Shown piece by piece: positions 1-8,850 of a stretch of 64,000 bases of DNA. The notes beneath the pieces were generated by a model. That model made no database searches. It was not told where the DNA came from and saw only the letters and a list, made by a program, of their open reading frames with translations. Location of the stretch: the NCBI GenBank assembly GCA_965205015.1, contig OZ242029.1:5024001-5088000 (forward strand). Reading direction: 5' to 3'. The number at the start of each line of letters is the position of its first letter. Positions within the stretch are counted from its first letter, which is position 1. The stretch comes from Candidatus Poribacteria bacterium. GTDB taxonomy: Bacteria > Poribacteria > WGA-4E > WGA-3G. Made by a program: the position numbers and the translations under genes.

Positions 1-215
1 GACGTCCAATTCGGAAAAAGCGTCGGGTTGCGTTCGTGAACTTCCCGGAGTATATAGTTTTCGTGATTGTGATATACCTTTAAAATGTGTGCGTTGTGGA
101 CATGCGCGGGTCCGTCTTGGGTCCCGGTATACTTGAACAGCCAAGTCGGCAAAACATGTATCACCAAAAGTACAATCACGATACTGTGCTGGATAGAGAA
201 TCGACGCACTTTCAT
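1..215 (-). CDS. Partial (runs off window start) hypothetical membrane protein
   Basis: Not in ORF track. Read manually from ATG at 215: MKVRRFSIQHSIVIVLLVIHVLPTWLFKYTGTQDGPAHVHNAHILKVYHNHENY..., open to the window edge. Hydrophobic N-terminal helix followed by a T-Q-D-G-P-x-H-x-x-N motif seen in uncharacterised multi-TM (GT-C-like) proteins. Confidence 0.7.
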   Translation of the reverse strand, partial: MKVRRFSIQHSIVIVLLVIHVLPTWLFKYTGTQDGPAHVHNAHILKVYHNHENYILREVHERNPTLFPNWT

Positions 216-314
216 AGTTGCCTCGCTCTTGAACAACCGTCTTTCGCACGAATAGAATCGGATGTTGCTATTCTACAAGAACTTTGCCGCAAGGTCAACA
301 AAAACTGTGGATAA

Positions 315-462
315 GGCGAGGTTAGATGAAGATTAATTTTTTAATTCGGTAATATGCGGGCAGGCACAAGCCCTGGGGAAACACCCAAGCAAAAACCCCC
401 TACAATGTCTTTTTTGGGATAGGATTACCGAAATATTTATTTAAATTTCATTCAACCGCGCC
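315..462. repeat. MITE-like element with long imperfect inverted ends, enclosing an interrupted REP
   Basis: 315-353 ggcgaggttagatgaagattaattttttaattcggtaat is an imperfect inverse of 424-462 attaccgaaatatttatttaaatttcattcaaccgcgcc. Confidence 0.6.
356..404 (-). repeat. GTAG-type REP hairpin interrupted by a 21-bp insert (376-396)
   Basis: Removing 376-396 gives gcgggcaggcacaagccctgcccctaca, 26/28 identical to the uninterrupted copy at 13033-13060. Confidence 0.8.
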
Positions 463-479
463 AACGGGGAATGTAAGCA

Positions 480-507
480 TCGGGAATCGGAGTTCCCTCC
501 TACAGAA
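480..507 (-). repeat. GTAG-type REP element
   Basis: tcgggaatcggagttccctcctacagaa is the exact 28-bp reverse complement of 28803-28830. Hairpin gggaa/ttccc with GTAG at its foot. Confidence 0.85.
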
Positions 508-535
508 AAGCTAAATGCTCTATGTGGATAAAGCA

Positions 536-1381
536 CTAAAAAGGTGAGTCTTGGGCTTGTGTATTTTCTGCTTGCGCGTCACTCGAAGCTGCAGTCTCTT
601 GATTCGCGGATTCCTCAGATTCAGGGACTTCGCTCTCCTGTGCAGCCGTTGTTAATTGCTTTACACGCTCGCAGAGTTCATCTAACAACTGTGGTGAGGT
701 TTCCGCCGCTTTCAGTTCCGCAGAAAGCTGCGTCCACTGCATCTCGGTCATATCGTTCCGAGATTCCACACCATATTTACGTTTGATGTAATTCCAGAGA
801 TCCGCCTTATCGACACCTTTTCCTTCAAGAGGTCCCGCCAGATTGTTCGCGATAGCAAAAGCCGCTTTTTGGGCGTTAGCGATATTTCCAGCGCCCTGCT
901 GTAACCGCGGTTGTTGCGCCGTATTACCACTCCCCGCTTTTCGGTTCAGGTAGAAATTCAGGACCTCGCGGATGACCGGCACGGGGATCAACTGTTTAAT
1001 TGCGTTACGCTGCGCTTTATGAATCGCTTTGGTGAAGGCGAACGGATCGGCGCGTCCGCCAGCCATCTTCAGTTGCTCATAAGCACCGTAACGAGAGGAA
1101 CCGGTGATTGTATCGACGGCTTTCGCAGTCGCAATCCAAGAATGCTCGCGCTCCTCATAATCAATTTCTTCGATCTGGATACCGCCCCGGCGATTTGCGG
1201 CTTCGTTAATACCGGCTAAAGTCAACCCTTCAACAGTACGTCCGCCCTGTTTGAAGGAGTAGACATAATCCTGAATCGTCTGTCCAGTCATCAACTCAAT
1301 GATGGCCTGGTCATCCACCTGATCGACAACTTCATATTCTGCGGTAACTGGTACCATTTCGTTCTTTTTTTCTTCAGCCAT
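536..1381 (-). CDS. Putative Rad52/Sak-like single-strand annealing protein
   Basis: N-terminal domain YVYSF..VEGLT..G..EAA, then beta-strands, then helix DPFAFTKAIHKAQRNAIKQLI, resembling the Rad52/22 K-A-x-x-x-A-x-K/R helix. Q-rich linker, small helical domain (LWNYIKRKYGVESRNDMT), acidic tail ending in PF. RBS ggagg. Confidence 0.55.
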   Translation of the reverse strand: MAEEKKNEMVPVTAEYEVVDQVDDQAIIELMTGQTIQDYVYSFKQGGRTVEGLTLAGINEAANRRGGIQIEEIDYEEREHSWIATAKAVDTITGSSRYGAYEQLKMAGGRADPFAFTKAIHKAQRNAIKQLIPVPVIREVLNFYLNRKAGSGNTAQQPRLQQGAGNIANAQKAAFAIANNLAGPLEGKGVDKADLWNYIKRKYGVESRNDMTEMQWTQLSAELKAAETSPQLLDELCERVKQLTTAAQESEVPESEESANQETAASSDAQAENTQAQDSPF

Positions 1382-1453
1382 GATATCCTCCGATTTCTAA
1401 ATATATAATTAGTATAACATATCTTTAGATATATATCAAAAAAAAATGCTATT

Positions 1454-2266
1454 TCATTCATCGTCGGCAATGCCCGTCGTAATTTCGATCTGTACTCCAT
1501 CTGTTACAATGCTTTCAACGTAGAGCGTGAATGTATACATCTGATGGTTCTCGTATTTTTGAAGTTTGGAAGGAAAGAGACCTTCCCCTGCAACATCATC
1601 TATAATCCAAAATGTCACATTTCTATTGTTTGTGTCAAGTGTCATCGCGCCTGAATAATTTTTTACCCATTCCGGGTCTACATCATCTCCAATGCCCAGC
1701 AGTTCATTTAGTCTTTTAAGTGAAACCGTCTCATTTTGAAGACGCACTGTTTTTCCGACATACCTCTGACCCCCAGCGACAATCTGCTCAAGCGTCGTGT
1801 CGAGCACCTCAATATCCGCTTTCGCGGTGTGTTCAGGGACATCAGCCCAGATAGTGAAGAAACGCTCGCCATCTGCGGCTGTGTCTCCGGAAATGTCTTT
1901 TATTAGAAGTGTAAAAGTGTAAGTGGTATGCCCCCGAATATGTCGTAGACCACTCTCCATGTAATTTAAATAATAGTGGCGCACAAACTGCGGGTCAGAG
2001 TCGGTGATGAAAAAACGGACTGTCTTGTGATGCGTAAACAATTCTAACCTTGGTGGGTCCCCATCAGCACTCGGATAAATTCTGCCAGCAGCGGTAATCG
2101 TAACCTTCCGTCCCTTGTACTTTGAGTTGATGCCATTTACTTCAACATCGTTGATAATATCGGTGAGGGTGCCAAGTTTGACGCTGGGGGATATCCGATG
2201 AAATTTTGCACATCCTCCAAAGATAGTAATGGCAAAACATGCACATAAAGATGTAAAAAGTTTCAT
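1454..2266 (-). CDS. Hypothetical lipoprotein with two tandem OB-fold-like repeats
   Basis: Lipobox-like FGGC. Internal repeat: TLTDIIN...KYKGRKVTI...VRFFITD...TYTFTLLIKDI versus TTLEQIV...RYVGKTVRL...VTFWIID...MYTFTLYVESI. Confidence 0.6.
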   Translation of the reverse strand: MKLFTSLCACFAITIFGGCAKFHRISPSVKLGTLTDIINDVEVNGINSKYKGRKVTITAAGRIYPSADGDPPRLELFTHHKTVRFFITDSDPQFVRHYYLNYMESGLRHIRGHTTYTFTLLIKDISGDTAADGERFFTIWADVPEHTAKADIEVLDTTLEQIVAGGQRYVGKTVRLQNETVSLKRLNELLGIGDDVDPEWVKNYSGAMTLDTNNRNVTFWIIDDVAGEGLFPSKLQKYENHQMYTFTLYVESIVTDGVQIEITTGIADDE

Positions 2267-2277
2267 GTTTTTTTAAT

Positions 2278-2389
2278 TGGGACTTACGCAATTTTCCATG
2301 AAATGCTCCATATTGCGCCAGTGGCGAGGTTAGGAGGGAAACACCCAAGCAAAAACACCTCGCCAGCGGGACGGGCTGCGTAAGTCCTG
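2278..2389. mobile_element. MITE with GGACTTACGCA terminal inverted repeats, containing an interrupted REP
   Basis: tgggacttacgca (2278-2290) and tgcgtaagtcctg (2377-2389), flanked by ttaat on both sides (2273-2277, 2390-2394). Internal hairpin tggcgaggtt/aacctcgcca is interrupted by the 21-mer at 2336-2356. Confidence 0.7.
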
Positions 2390-2618
2390 TTAATTATACC
2401 TTGCGGGAGAATAACGTGAGTTTGAATGTTTGACGCACCTTCTTTATATCCGCCTGCGTGTTTTTGCAAACGCTAAAATCCAATGCGAAGAAAGTATTTC
2501 TGCGTATTGTTGCAGGCTACGTGTCTGGTAGAAAGTTGTAAAGTGTTCCAAAATCTGTGAAGTTGGGCAAGAAAGTCAGTAAAGTATTTTGGTTTAAGAA
2601 TTATAACGACTTCCATTT

Positions 2619-3980
2619 GTCACTTACCCCCATTTTTTTTCGAGAGTAGATTGTAGTTGATGTAGTCAGGTTTTTCTGTGAGAAAGTCAGTCAGTGAGTG
2701 GGTCCGAAAAGTGGATCCCCTCTGGCACCTATCTCGGTGAAAAAGGAGATAAGAAAGTGTTGGTTCCATAAGTCGGTGAGCACGCGTTTGATAATAGTAA
2801 TAACAGAAAAAGTTTTTCTGTTATTACTATTATATGCCCTCTGCCAATGCGTAGAGGCGACCTTCTCGTAACTGATAAACAGCAATCCATAAGCGAGGCA
2901 GGCACATAACCAAAGGACCTCCAGACGCGCTTGTGTCGGTTTTTTCAAGACGAGTTTACCAAATCCGAAGCACGACTTTATATCTCGAAACCCGTGTTCA
3001 ATCTGCATGCGGCGTTTGTAGCAGTGATGTATCTGATGTCCACTGAGGCGATTGGAGATAAGATACATCGGGTCTTTGAAGGTCTCATCTCTGAGGATAT
3101 AGAGTTGAAGCGGTATCTGCTCCTGCGCCTGATAAAGGATATGCCGATACCAGCCCGCTTCGAGGTCATCAAGTTTCTTCAGACTCCCATCATGCCGGAT
3201 ACCGACATTTCTCGCAACACGCATCACGAACGGGATATCCCGTGCCTTGAGAAACTTGATGACGTATCGCGCACGCCCAAAACCACGGTCAAACACCAGA
3301 ACAGGTCGTTGTTGATGCCGCGACACCACCCCTAAAGCCTCTTGATAAACATGGACACAGAAGTATTGGATAATCTCATTATGACTCTTATAGATACCCT
3401 CGTGAAGCTGGTGATCGCTATAGATGAACCAAAAGACAGGGATCGCACGATGCCGAAACGGGATCGAAACAACAAGGGCTTTCCACCCGGCAATCAGAGA
3501 CGTCTCATCAACGAGCAAATACAGATGAGCACCCGCATCCTTGAAAAACCAACCCACAACCGACACGAACCACGCTTCTTTGAGCGCATCAATCGGCAGT
3601 GGGGTGTCAAGGAAACGCAGAAACCTTTTCTGTTTCGACTTCTCCCGCTTGACGACGAGCGACAAACGCGACGCAACTTCATTGATCCGAAACGTCGGGG
3701 CAACACTGATCGCTATCAAGACCAATACCAGATTCCGAAAAACCGGTTTTTTCATACCAACAGACTTGAAGATTTCTCCAAAACGTGTTATCATCGTTTC
3801 TGGATTTACCCGTTTTGGGTATCTCTTTTTCATAAAATACCTCCTTACATGTTTTGTAAAATGCGTTTACAAACAGTTGCTGTAAGGAGGTATTTTATCA
3901 TAAACCCACTGAGTTTCTCACACTTTTTACAACTAAAACCTTTCACCACAAACCTTCAGAAAAAAATGGGGGTAAGTGAC
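2619..3980 (-). mobile_element. Complete insertion sequence, IS4-like (DDE_Tnp_1), 1362 bp
   Basis: 21-bp perfect TIRs gtcacttacccccattttttt (2619-2639) and aaaaaaatgggggtaagtgac (3960-3980). 9-bp target duplication cttccattt (2610-2618, 3981-3989). Confidence 0.92.
2691..3833 (-). CDS. IS4-family DDE transposase
   Basis: LVDET, FDRGF and YKRRMQIEHGFRDIK (YREK signature) motifs. Lies inside the TIRs. Confidence 0.9.
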   Translation of the reverse strand: MKKRYPKRVNPETMITRFGEIFKSVGMKKPVFRNLVLVLIAISVAPTFRINEVASRLSLVVKREKSKQKRFLRFLDTPLPIDALKEAWFVSVVGWFFKDAGAHLYLLVDETSLIAGWKALVVSIPFRHRAIPVFWFIYSDHQLHEGIYKSHNEIIQYFCVHVYQEALGVVSRHQQRPVLVFDRGFGRARYVIKFLKARDIPFVMRVARNVGIRHDGSLKKLDDLEAGWYRHILYQAQEQIPLQLYILRDETFKDPMYLISNRLSGHQIHHCYKRRMQIEHGFRDIKSCFGFGKLVLKKPTQARLEVLWLCACLAYGLLFISYEKVASTHWQRAYNSNNRKTFSVITIIKRVLTDLWNQHFLISFFTEIGARGDPLFGPTH

Positions 3981-4048
3981 CTTCCATTTAACATGTCAAA
4001 TTATATGGGAAACCCATCCAATTCGCTGAAAAACGCCACTCGATAAAC

Positions 4049-4077
4049 TTGACCACCAATCCGAATTCTGCTATAAT
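4049..4077 (+). promoter_or_regulatory. Sigma70-type promoter for the xylG-tsaE-GT4 operon
   Basis: TTGACC-17 nt-TATAAT with an extended TG. Confidence 0.7.
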
Positions 4078-4110
4078 AATCGTAAACCGAGCATCGGAGA
4101 TTGACGAACA

Positions 4111-5733
4111 GTGACAACCCCTCTTCTCCACATGCAAGCCATTACCAAAGATTTTCCCGGCGTGCGCGCCTTAGATGACGTCTCTTTTGAAGTACATCCG
4201 GGTGAAATCCATGCCCTGTGTGGAGAAAACGGGGCGGGCAAATCAACGTTGATTAAGATACTCGGCGGTGTCTATCCGTACGGAACTTACGAAGGACACC
4301 TGAACATCAATGGAAACGCGCAGCAATTCTATAGCGTGCGGGATGCAGAACGTGCTGGAATCGCCGTCATCCATCAGGAACTGGCACTTATTCCAGAAAT
4401 GACGGTCGCTGAGAACATCTACCTCGGCAAAGAACCGTGCCACTTCGGCACTATTAACAGGCATCGTCTCTACCACGAAGCAGGCGAACTCCTTTCGCAG
4501 TTTGGATTGACGATTCCACTGCATAAATCCGTCCATGAACTCGGGATCGGACAACAACAACTCGTAGAAATCGCGAAGGCTTTAGGACGTAGCTTGCAAG
4601 CCAACAGCGAAGCGTCAAGGAGTGCCTTGTTACTCGTGCTGGACGAACCGACAGCCGCTCTGACCGAAAGCGAAGTAGACATCCTTCGGCAGATTCTGAC
4701 CCAACTCCGGGAAAAGGGGGTCGCCTGTATCTACATCACCCATAAACTCAAGGAGATTTTTCAGATTGCTGACCGAGTAACGGTACTACGAGACGGTAAA
4801 GCAGTTGCAACGCACTCCATTAAATCATCTGAATGTACCGAAGAAGTACTCATTTCACAGATGGTCGGACGCGAACTAACCGCCCTGTTTCCAAAACGGC
4901 GAACGCCCTCTACTGATGAAAATGGGGCACGTCAAGAAGATGTAGCACTCCGAGTAGAAAACTTAAACACCTATCCATTGGAACCTCCTCAGCTGAAAGA
5001 TATCAGTTTCGAGGTACGACGCGGGGAAATCCTCGGAATCGCAGGTTTGATGGGCGCGGGAAGGACAGAATTGATCAGTACCATTTTCGGTGCGTATGAG
5101 GGTAGGCAGAGTGGCGAAATCGTTATAGACGGTACCACCGTTCAGATTCACGCGCCACTCGAGGCAATACAGCACGGAATGGCACTCGTTAGCGAAGATC
5201 GGAAACGCTACGGTCTTCTTTTAGACGTGGATGTCGTTCGCAACATGACGCTTGCGAGTCTCAATGTGTCGTCAGGCATCACATCACACGGAATCATTAA
5301 CGAAAACACGGCACTCGAAAAAAGCGAGCATTACGTGGATTCCCTCCAGATTAAGACGACTTCACTTGAAGCTCCTGTGAACCACCTCAGCGGCGGCAAC
5401 CAACAGAAAGTCGTTCTCGCGAAATGGTTGATGACACATCCGAAGGTGTTATTTCTTGATGAACCGACACGCGGGATTGATGTCGGTGCGAAGGCAGAAA
5501 TTCACACGCTGATGGCAGAACTTGCGCAAGCGGGTGTCGCAATTGTGTTTGTCTCCTCTGAACTCCCAGAAATCCTTGGCATGAGCGATCGGGTCATAGT
5601 GCTACATGAAGGCAAAATCACGGGTGAATTTATCAACGATAACCTGACACAAGCGGACATTTTGCGATGTGCCGCTGGTAATTATGAGCTCCAAGCAAAA
5701 ACACCCGCCTCACCGAACCGCAAGGTAAATTAA
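4111..5733 (+). CDS. xylG: Monosaccharide (CUT2) ABC transporter ATP-binding protein, XylG-like
   Basis: Two ABC domains: GENGAGKST, LDEPT, degenerate GLMGAGRTE, LSGGNQQK, LDEPTRGIDVGAK. GVYPYGTYEG is typical of XylG/GguA. Confidence 0.8.
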   Translation: MTTPLLHMQAITKDFPGVRALDDVSFEVHPGEIHALCGENGAGKSTLIKILGGVYPYGTYEGHLNINGNAQQFYSVRDAERAGIAVIHQELALIPEMTVAENIYLGKEPCHFGTINRHRLYHEAGELLSQFGLTIPLHKSVHELGIGQQQLVEIAKALGRSLQANSEASRSALLLVLDEPTAALTESEVDILRQILTQLREKGVACIYITHKLKEIFQIADRVTVLRDGKAVATHSIKSSECTEEVLISQMVGRELTALFPKRRTPSTDENGARQEDVALRVENLNTYPLEPPQLKDISFEVRRGEILGIAGLMGAGRTELISTIFGAYEGRQSGEIVIDGTTVQIHAPLEAIQHGMALVSEDRKRYGLLLDVDVVRNMTLASLNVSSGITSHGIINENTALEKSEHYVDSLQIKTTSLEAPVNHLSGGNQQKVVLAKWLMTHPKVLFLDEPTRGIDVGAKAEIHTLMAELAQAGVAIVFVSSELPEILGMSDRVIVLHEGKITGEFINDNLTQADILRCAAGNYELQAKTPASPNRKVN

Positions 5734-5737
5734 AAAA

Positions 5738-6238
5738 GTGGAAAACAGAAACGAAACGTTTAAAACAGAAAGCCCAGAGGAAACCCAGGCATTCGGAGAA
5801 AAATTGGGCAAAACGCTCAAGCAGGGAGATGTCATTGCCCTCGTCGGCGACCTCGGCACGGGTAAAACCTGTTTGACACAAGGCATTGCGCGCGGTGTCG
5901 GTATCGCGTCGGATGCAGTCGTCAACAGTCCTTCCTATATCCTGATTAACGAGTACAATGGGGCAATACCGATCTACCATATCGATCTGTACCGCCTCGA
6001 AAATAGTGAGGAGATCGCCGAACTCGGACTCAGTGAATATATGGAAGGCGATGGAATTTGCATTATTGAGTGGGCAGAACGGATGACAGACGCATTGCCC
6101 GATACCTGTATCAAGATACACATAACATTAGCAGCAAGCACCTCACACAGCAATGACGAAACTCACATGTCAATGTTCCAAAGTCCTGAAGATGAAAACA
6201 TCCGACACATCGAAATTCAATATCCTATATCTCGATAG
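5738..6238 (+). CDS. tsaE: tRNA threonylcarbamoyladenosine biosynthesis ATPase TsaE
   Basis: GDLGTGKT P-loop, VNSPSY, YHIDLYRL, IIEWAE. Confidence 0.95.
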   Translation: MENRNETFKTESPEETQAFGEKLGKTLKQGDVIALVGDLGTGKTCLTQGIARGVGIASDAVVNSPSYILINEYNGAIPIYHIDLYRLENSEEIAELGLSEYMEGDGICIIEWAERMTDALPDTCIKIHITLAASTSHSNDETHMSMFQSPEDENIRHIEIQYPISR

Positions 6239-7367
6239 CGGTTCGGGCATCGGCGGTGGGCAACGGAGTCTCCTACTCCTGCTACACCTATTAGACAAGG
6301 ATCGTTTTACACCTTTCGTGGGATGCCTCGGTGATAGTCCTTTCGCCGCGGCGGTAGGAAAGACAGAGGCAAACGTCGTCCCCTTGGCTCTACCCGCCGC
6401 GCACAACAAAACCGATAAGGTCCGACGATTTACGTTCCGCGATCTGCTTGAAGATTTCCGGCAGCTTGGGGTTATCCTCCAACTTCATCGGATGGTAAAA
6501 CGGTATGCGATCGACCTCATTCATGCGAACTCGCTTTCGGTGGCACTGCTCGGCGGTATCGTTGCCAGGCTAAACCGTATCCCCATCCTGATGCACAAAC
6601 GCTACGCGACTTCCTACGGCATTCTGGATCGGATTTGCGAAAGATTTTTGCACCGCGTGATTCTCGTTTCGGAGGCAACCCGCTGGAATTTTGCGCCTAC
6701 AGCAAAACAGACGTTAATCTATAATGGCGTCGATTTAGACGCTTTTCAAGCGTCCGCAGAAGAGGTGGAAACCCTCCGATCAGAACTCCTTCCCGATGCA
6801 TCTGATGCCTCAATCGTCACGGGAGTCGTGACTCGGATTACACCAGAGAAAGGTATCCATTTTTTAGTGAGAGCAATAGCAGACCTCAAAGGAAAAATAG
6901 ACAGCAAACTGCTGATCGTTGGCGGTCCTTACTTCCAAAAAGATATTGACTATATGGAGGAACTTAAACAAGAGGTTACAGATTTAGGCGTTGAAGACTC
7001 TGTCATCTTCACTGGATTTGTGTCGGATACACGGGTGGTTACAAGCCTCCTTGATATCGTATTGGTGCCCTCTATTATTCCAGAGGCATGCCCGCGCACC
7101 ATTATTGAAGCAATGGCGGTCGGCAAACCGGTCATTGCCACACCACTCGGTGGAAGCAAGGAACTCGTCACCCCCGAAACAGGGGTCTTAGTGCCACCTG
7201 AAGACGCCTCGGCGATTGCGGATGCTATCGCAACACTCGCAACCCATCGAGAACGATTGAAAGCAATGGGTGAAGCCTCCCGCAACCGTGCTGAGCAGTT
7301 ATTCAGCAGCGAAAAGAACACAGCATTGACGGAGGCTGTCTACACTGAATTGTTAGCCGTACGATAA
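6192..7367 (+). CDS. Glycosyltransferase family 4 (GT-B)
   Basis: GIGGGQRS, LIYNGVD, RITPEKG, PEACPRTIIEAMAVGKPVIA. Start taken at ATG 6192 (track ORF begins 6153); overlaps the tsaE 3' end. Confidence 0.9.
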   Translation: MKTSDTSKFNILYLDSGSGIGGGQRSLLLLLHLLDKDRFTPFVGCLGDSPFAAAVGKTEANVVPLALPAAHNKTDKVRRFTFRDLLEDFRQLGVILQLHRMVKRYAIDLIHANSLSVALLGGIVARLNRIPILMHKRYATSYGILDRICERFLHRVILVSEATRWNFAPTAKQTLIYNGVDLDAFQASAEEVETLRSELLPDASDASIVTGVVTRITPEKGIHFLVRAIADLKGKIDSKLLIVGGPYFQKDIDYMEELKQEVTDLGVEDSVIFTGFVSDTRVVTSLLDIVLVPSIIPEACPRTIIEAMAVGKPVIATPLGGSKELVTPETGVLVPPEDASAIADAIATLATHRERLKAMGEASRNRAEQLFSSEKNTALTEAVYTELLAVR

Positions 7368-7385
7368 GAGGTCTTCGCATTCCCA

Positions 7386-7410
7386 GTAGGAGCAATCTCC
7401 GAATAGCGAC
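7386..7410 (+). repeat. Degenerate GTAG REP-like element
   Basis: gtaggagcaatctccgaatagcgac has the same GTAGGAG...CGA(C) layout as 28807-28831. Confidence 0.5.
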
Positions 7411-7479
7411 ATCTCCTGTATAACACACAGATCAACAGAATTGCATGTTTCTACTATACCGACATAGGAGTTATCCATC

Positions 7480-8496
7480 ATGAGAGGAAAAACGATTAGT
7501 CCGGGGCAAGGTGCCCAAGCGAGTCAAGGTCAGGTGAGACAAGTATCTCAACTGTTCGGTGAGGGCATCGGTGGCACCCCGGAATGGGTTGAAATCCACC
7601 GCACCAACGATGAATGGGAAGTGAAGCTCATCCAAGCCACTTTGAGCGCGCAACAGATCCGGTGCCGTCCCATCGAATTAAGAGAGGAACGCCAAACCGC
7701 TCTCCTCGTAGCCCCGGAACACGAAGTGGAAGCCATGGAACTCATAAGCCGTATTGACGCAATCGTTACGGATAACGAAATGGCGACGCAAGCCGAAGAA
7801 ACAGCGGAAGCACTCAAACAACGCGATATGACTGTCCCTCAGAAAGATACGCATCAACACGCGGATCCCGGTGATTCAGCAGAACTCGTCTTCGCCGAAC
7901 GTGAAGGTATCGGCAGTGTCGTCTATATGGCAGGACAGGGATACGAACTCCGTGTCGGTCCAGAACCCTACGTCATCGTTCCAGAGCGCGATTGGGAGGA
8001 GTTCACAGACTTTAGTGCGCAACGCCAAGAGTTCGTGATCCTCCTCCGCCACGAATACCCCGATCTCTTCGAGTGGATTCAAGACGGGAAACTCCTCGCA
8101 GAATTCATCCGTCTCATCGAGATGACGTACCAAGAAGGCGCGCCGCCGCTCCCGCATCGAGCCAGTGCCGCAACTGACGCTGACGAGCTCGATGCGACGC
8201 CTTACCATCCGCTTGCCCAATTGAGTCTCACTGTCGCCGTGATTTCGCTCATTGCCGTGCTTTTTCAGATTCCGTGGCAGATCAACCTTGTGTTGGCGGT
8301 CGTCGCTGTGGCATCAGCAGTCGTCGCGAAATACCAGATCGATGTTAGCGACGGGGCATCCACAGGTGTTCCCATGGCGCTGAGTGCGATTGTGCTTGCG
8401 TGTCTTGTTGTCGTTTTTGCGTGGTGGCTGAGCCAGCGTCCGGAGCCGGTAGCACCAGAGAGACCCGCCACTCGTGAGACGATTGAGGATCGGTAG
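7480..8496 (+). CDS. Hypothetical membrane protein, N-terminal DUF2007-like domain, three C-terminal TM helices
   Basis: WVEIHRTNDEWEVKLIQATLSAQQIRC...LLVAPEHEVEAMELI fits the DUF2007 pattern. Hydrophobic C-terminus. RBS aggag. Confidence 0.6.
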   Translation: MRGKTISPGQGAQASQGQVRQVSQLFGEGIGGTPEWVEIHRTNDEWEVKLIQATLSAQQIRCRPIELREERQTALLVAPEHEVEAMELISRIDAIVTDNEMATQAEETAEALKQRDMTVPQKDTHQHADPGDSAELVFAEREGIGSVVYMAGQGYELRVGPEPYVIVPERDWEEFTDFSAQRQEFVILLRHEYPDLFEWIQDGKLLAEFIRLIEMTYQEGAPPLPHRASAATDADELDATPYHPLAQLSLTVAVISLIAVLFQIPWQINLVLAVVAVASAVVAKYQIDVSDGASTGVPMALSAIVLACLVVVFAWWLSQRPEPVAPERPATRETIEDR

Positions 8497-8524
8497 CTTA
8501 CGTTTGATACCGAAAAAACAGAAG

Positions 8525-8553
8525 TTGACACTTCATGGGATATATGGTAGGGT
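8525..8553 (+). promoter_or_regulatory. hicAB promoter (copy 1)
   Basis: TTGACA-17-TAGGGT with extended TG. The same motif recurs at 11155-11183. Confidence 0.65.
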
Positions 8554-8583
8554 TAAGGGTCAAAGTGCCGCCACGGTTAGAGC

Positions 8584-8850
8584 ATGAATACACGCTTAAA
8601 CAAAAAGCACCAAAGGACATTAGAGGCTATTTTTAGCACACAAACGCCAGCAACGTTGCAATGGCGGCGGATTGAAGCCCTTTTCAAAGCACTGGGTGCT
8701 ACAAAAAAGGAGAGACGAGGCTCGGGTGTGACATTTAGGTTGAATGGAGAAACTGTCGGTTTTCACCTCCCTCACCCTCGCAAAGAGGCACATCGATATC
8801 ACATTCGTGATGCCCGAGATTTTTTGAAACGAGTAGGAATAACATTATGA
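8584..8850 (+). CDS. hicA: HicA family toxin (mRNA interferase)
   Basis: LNKKHQRTLEAIF..P..LQWRRIEALF.ALG...ERRGSGV.F.L...FHLPHP.KEA is the E. coli HicA-type pattern. Confidence 0.9.
   Translation: MNTRLNKKHQRTLEAIFSTQTPATLQWRRIEALFKALGATKKERRGSGVTFRLNGETVGFHLPHPRKEAHRYHIRDARDFLKRVGITL

Noticed and set aside
87-314. 75-aa plus-strand ORF
   Set aside because: Antisense shadow of the partial minus-strand membrane protein gene starting at 215.
536-2266. Prophage remnant around the annealase-like gene
   Set aside because: No integrase, structural, exonuclease or other phage genes are adjacent within the window.
2931-4046. Long plus-strand ORFs (134 and 234 aa) inside the IS
   Set aside because: Antisense to the transposase, no recognisable motifs, and one crosses the IS end.
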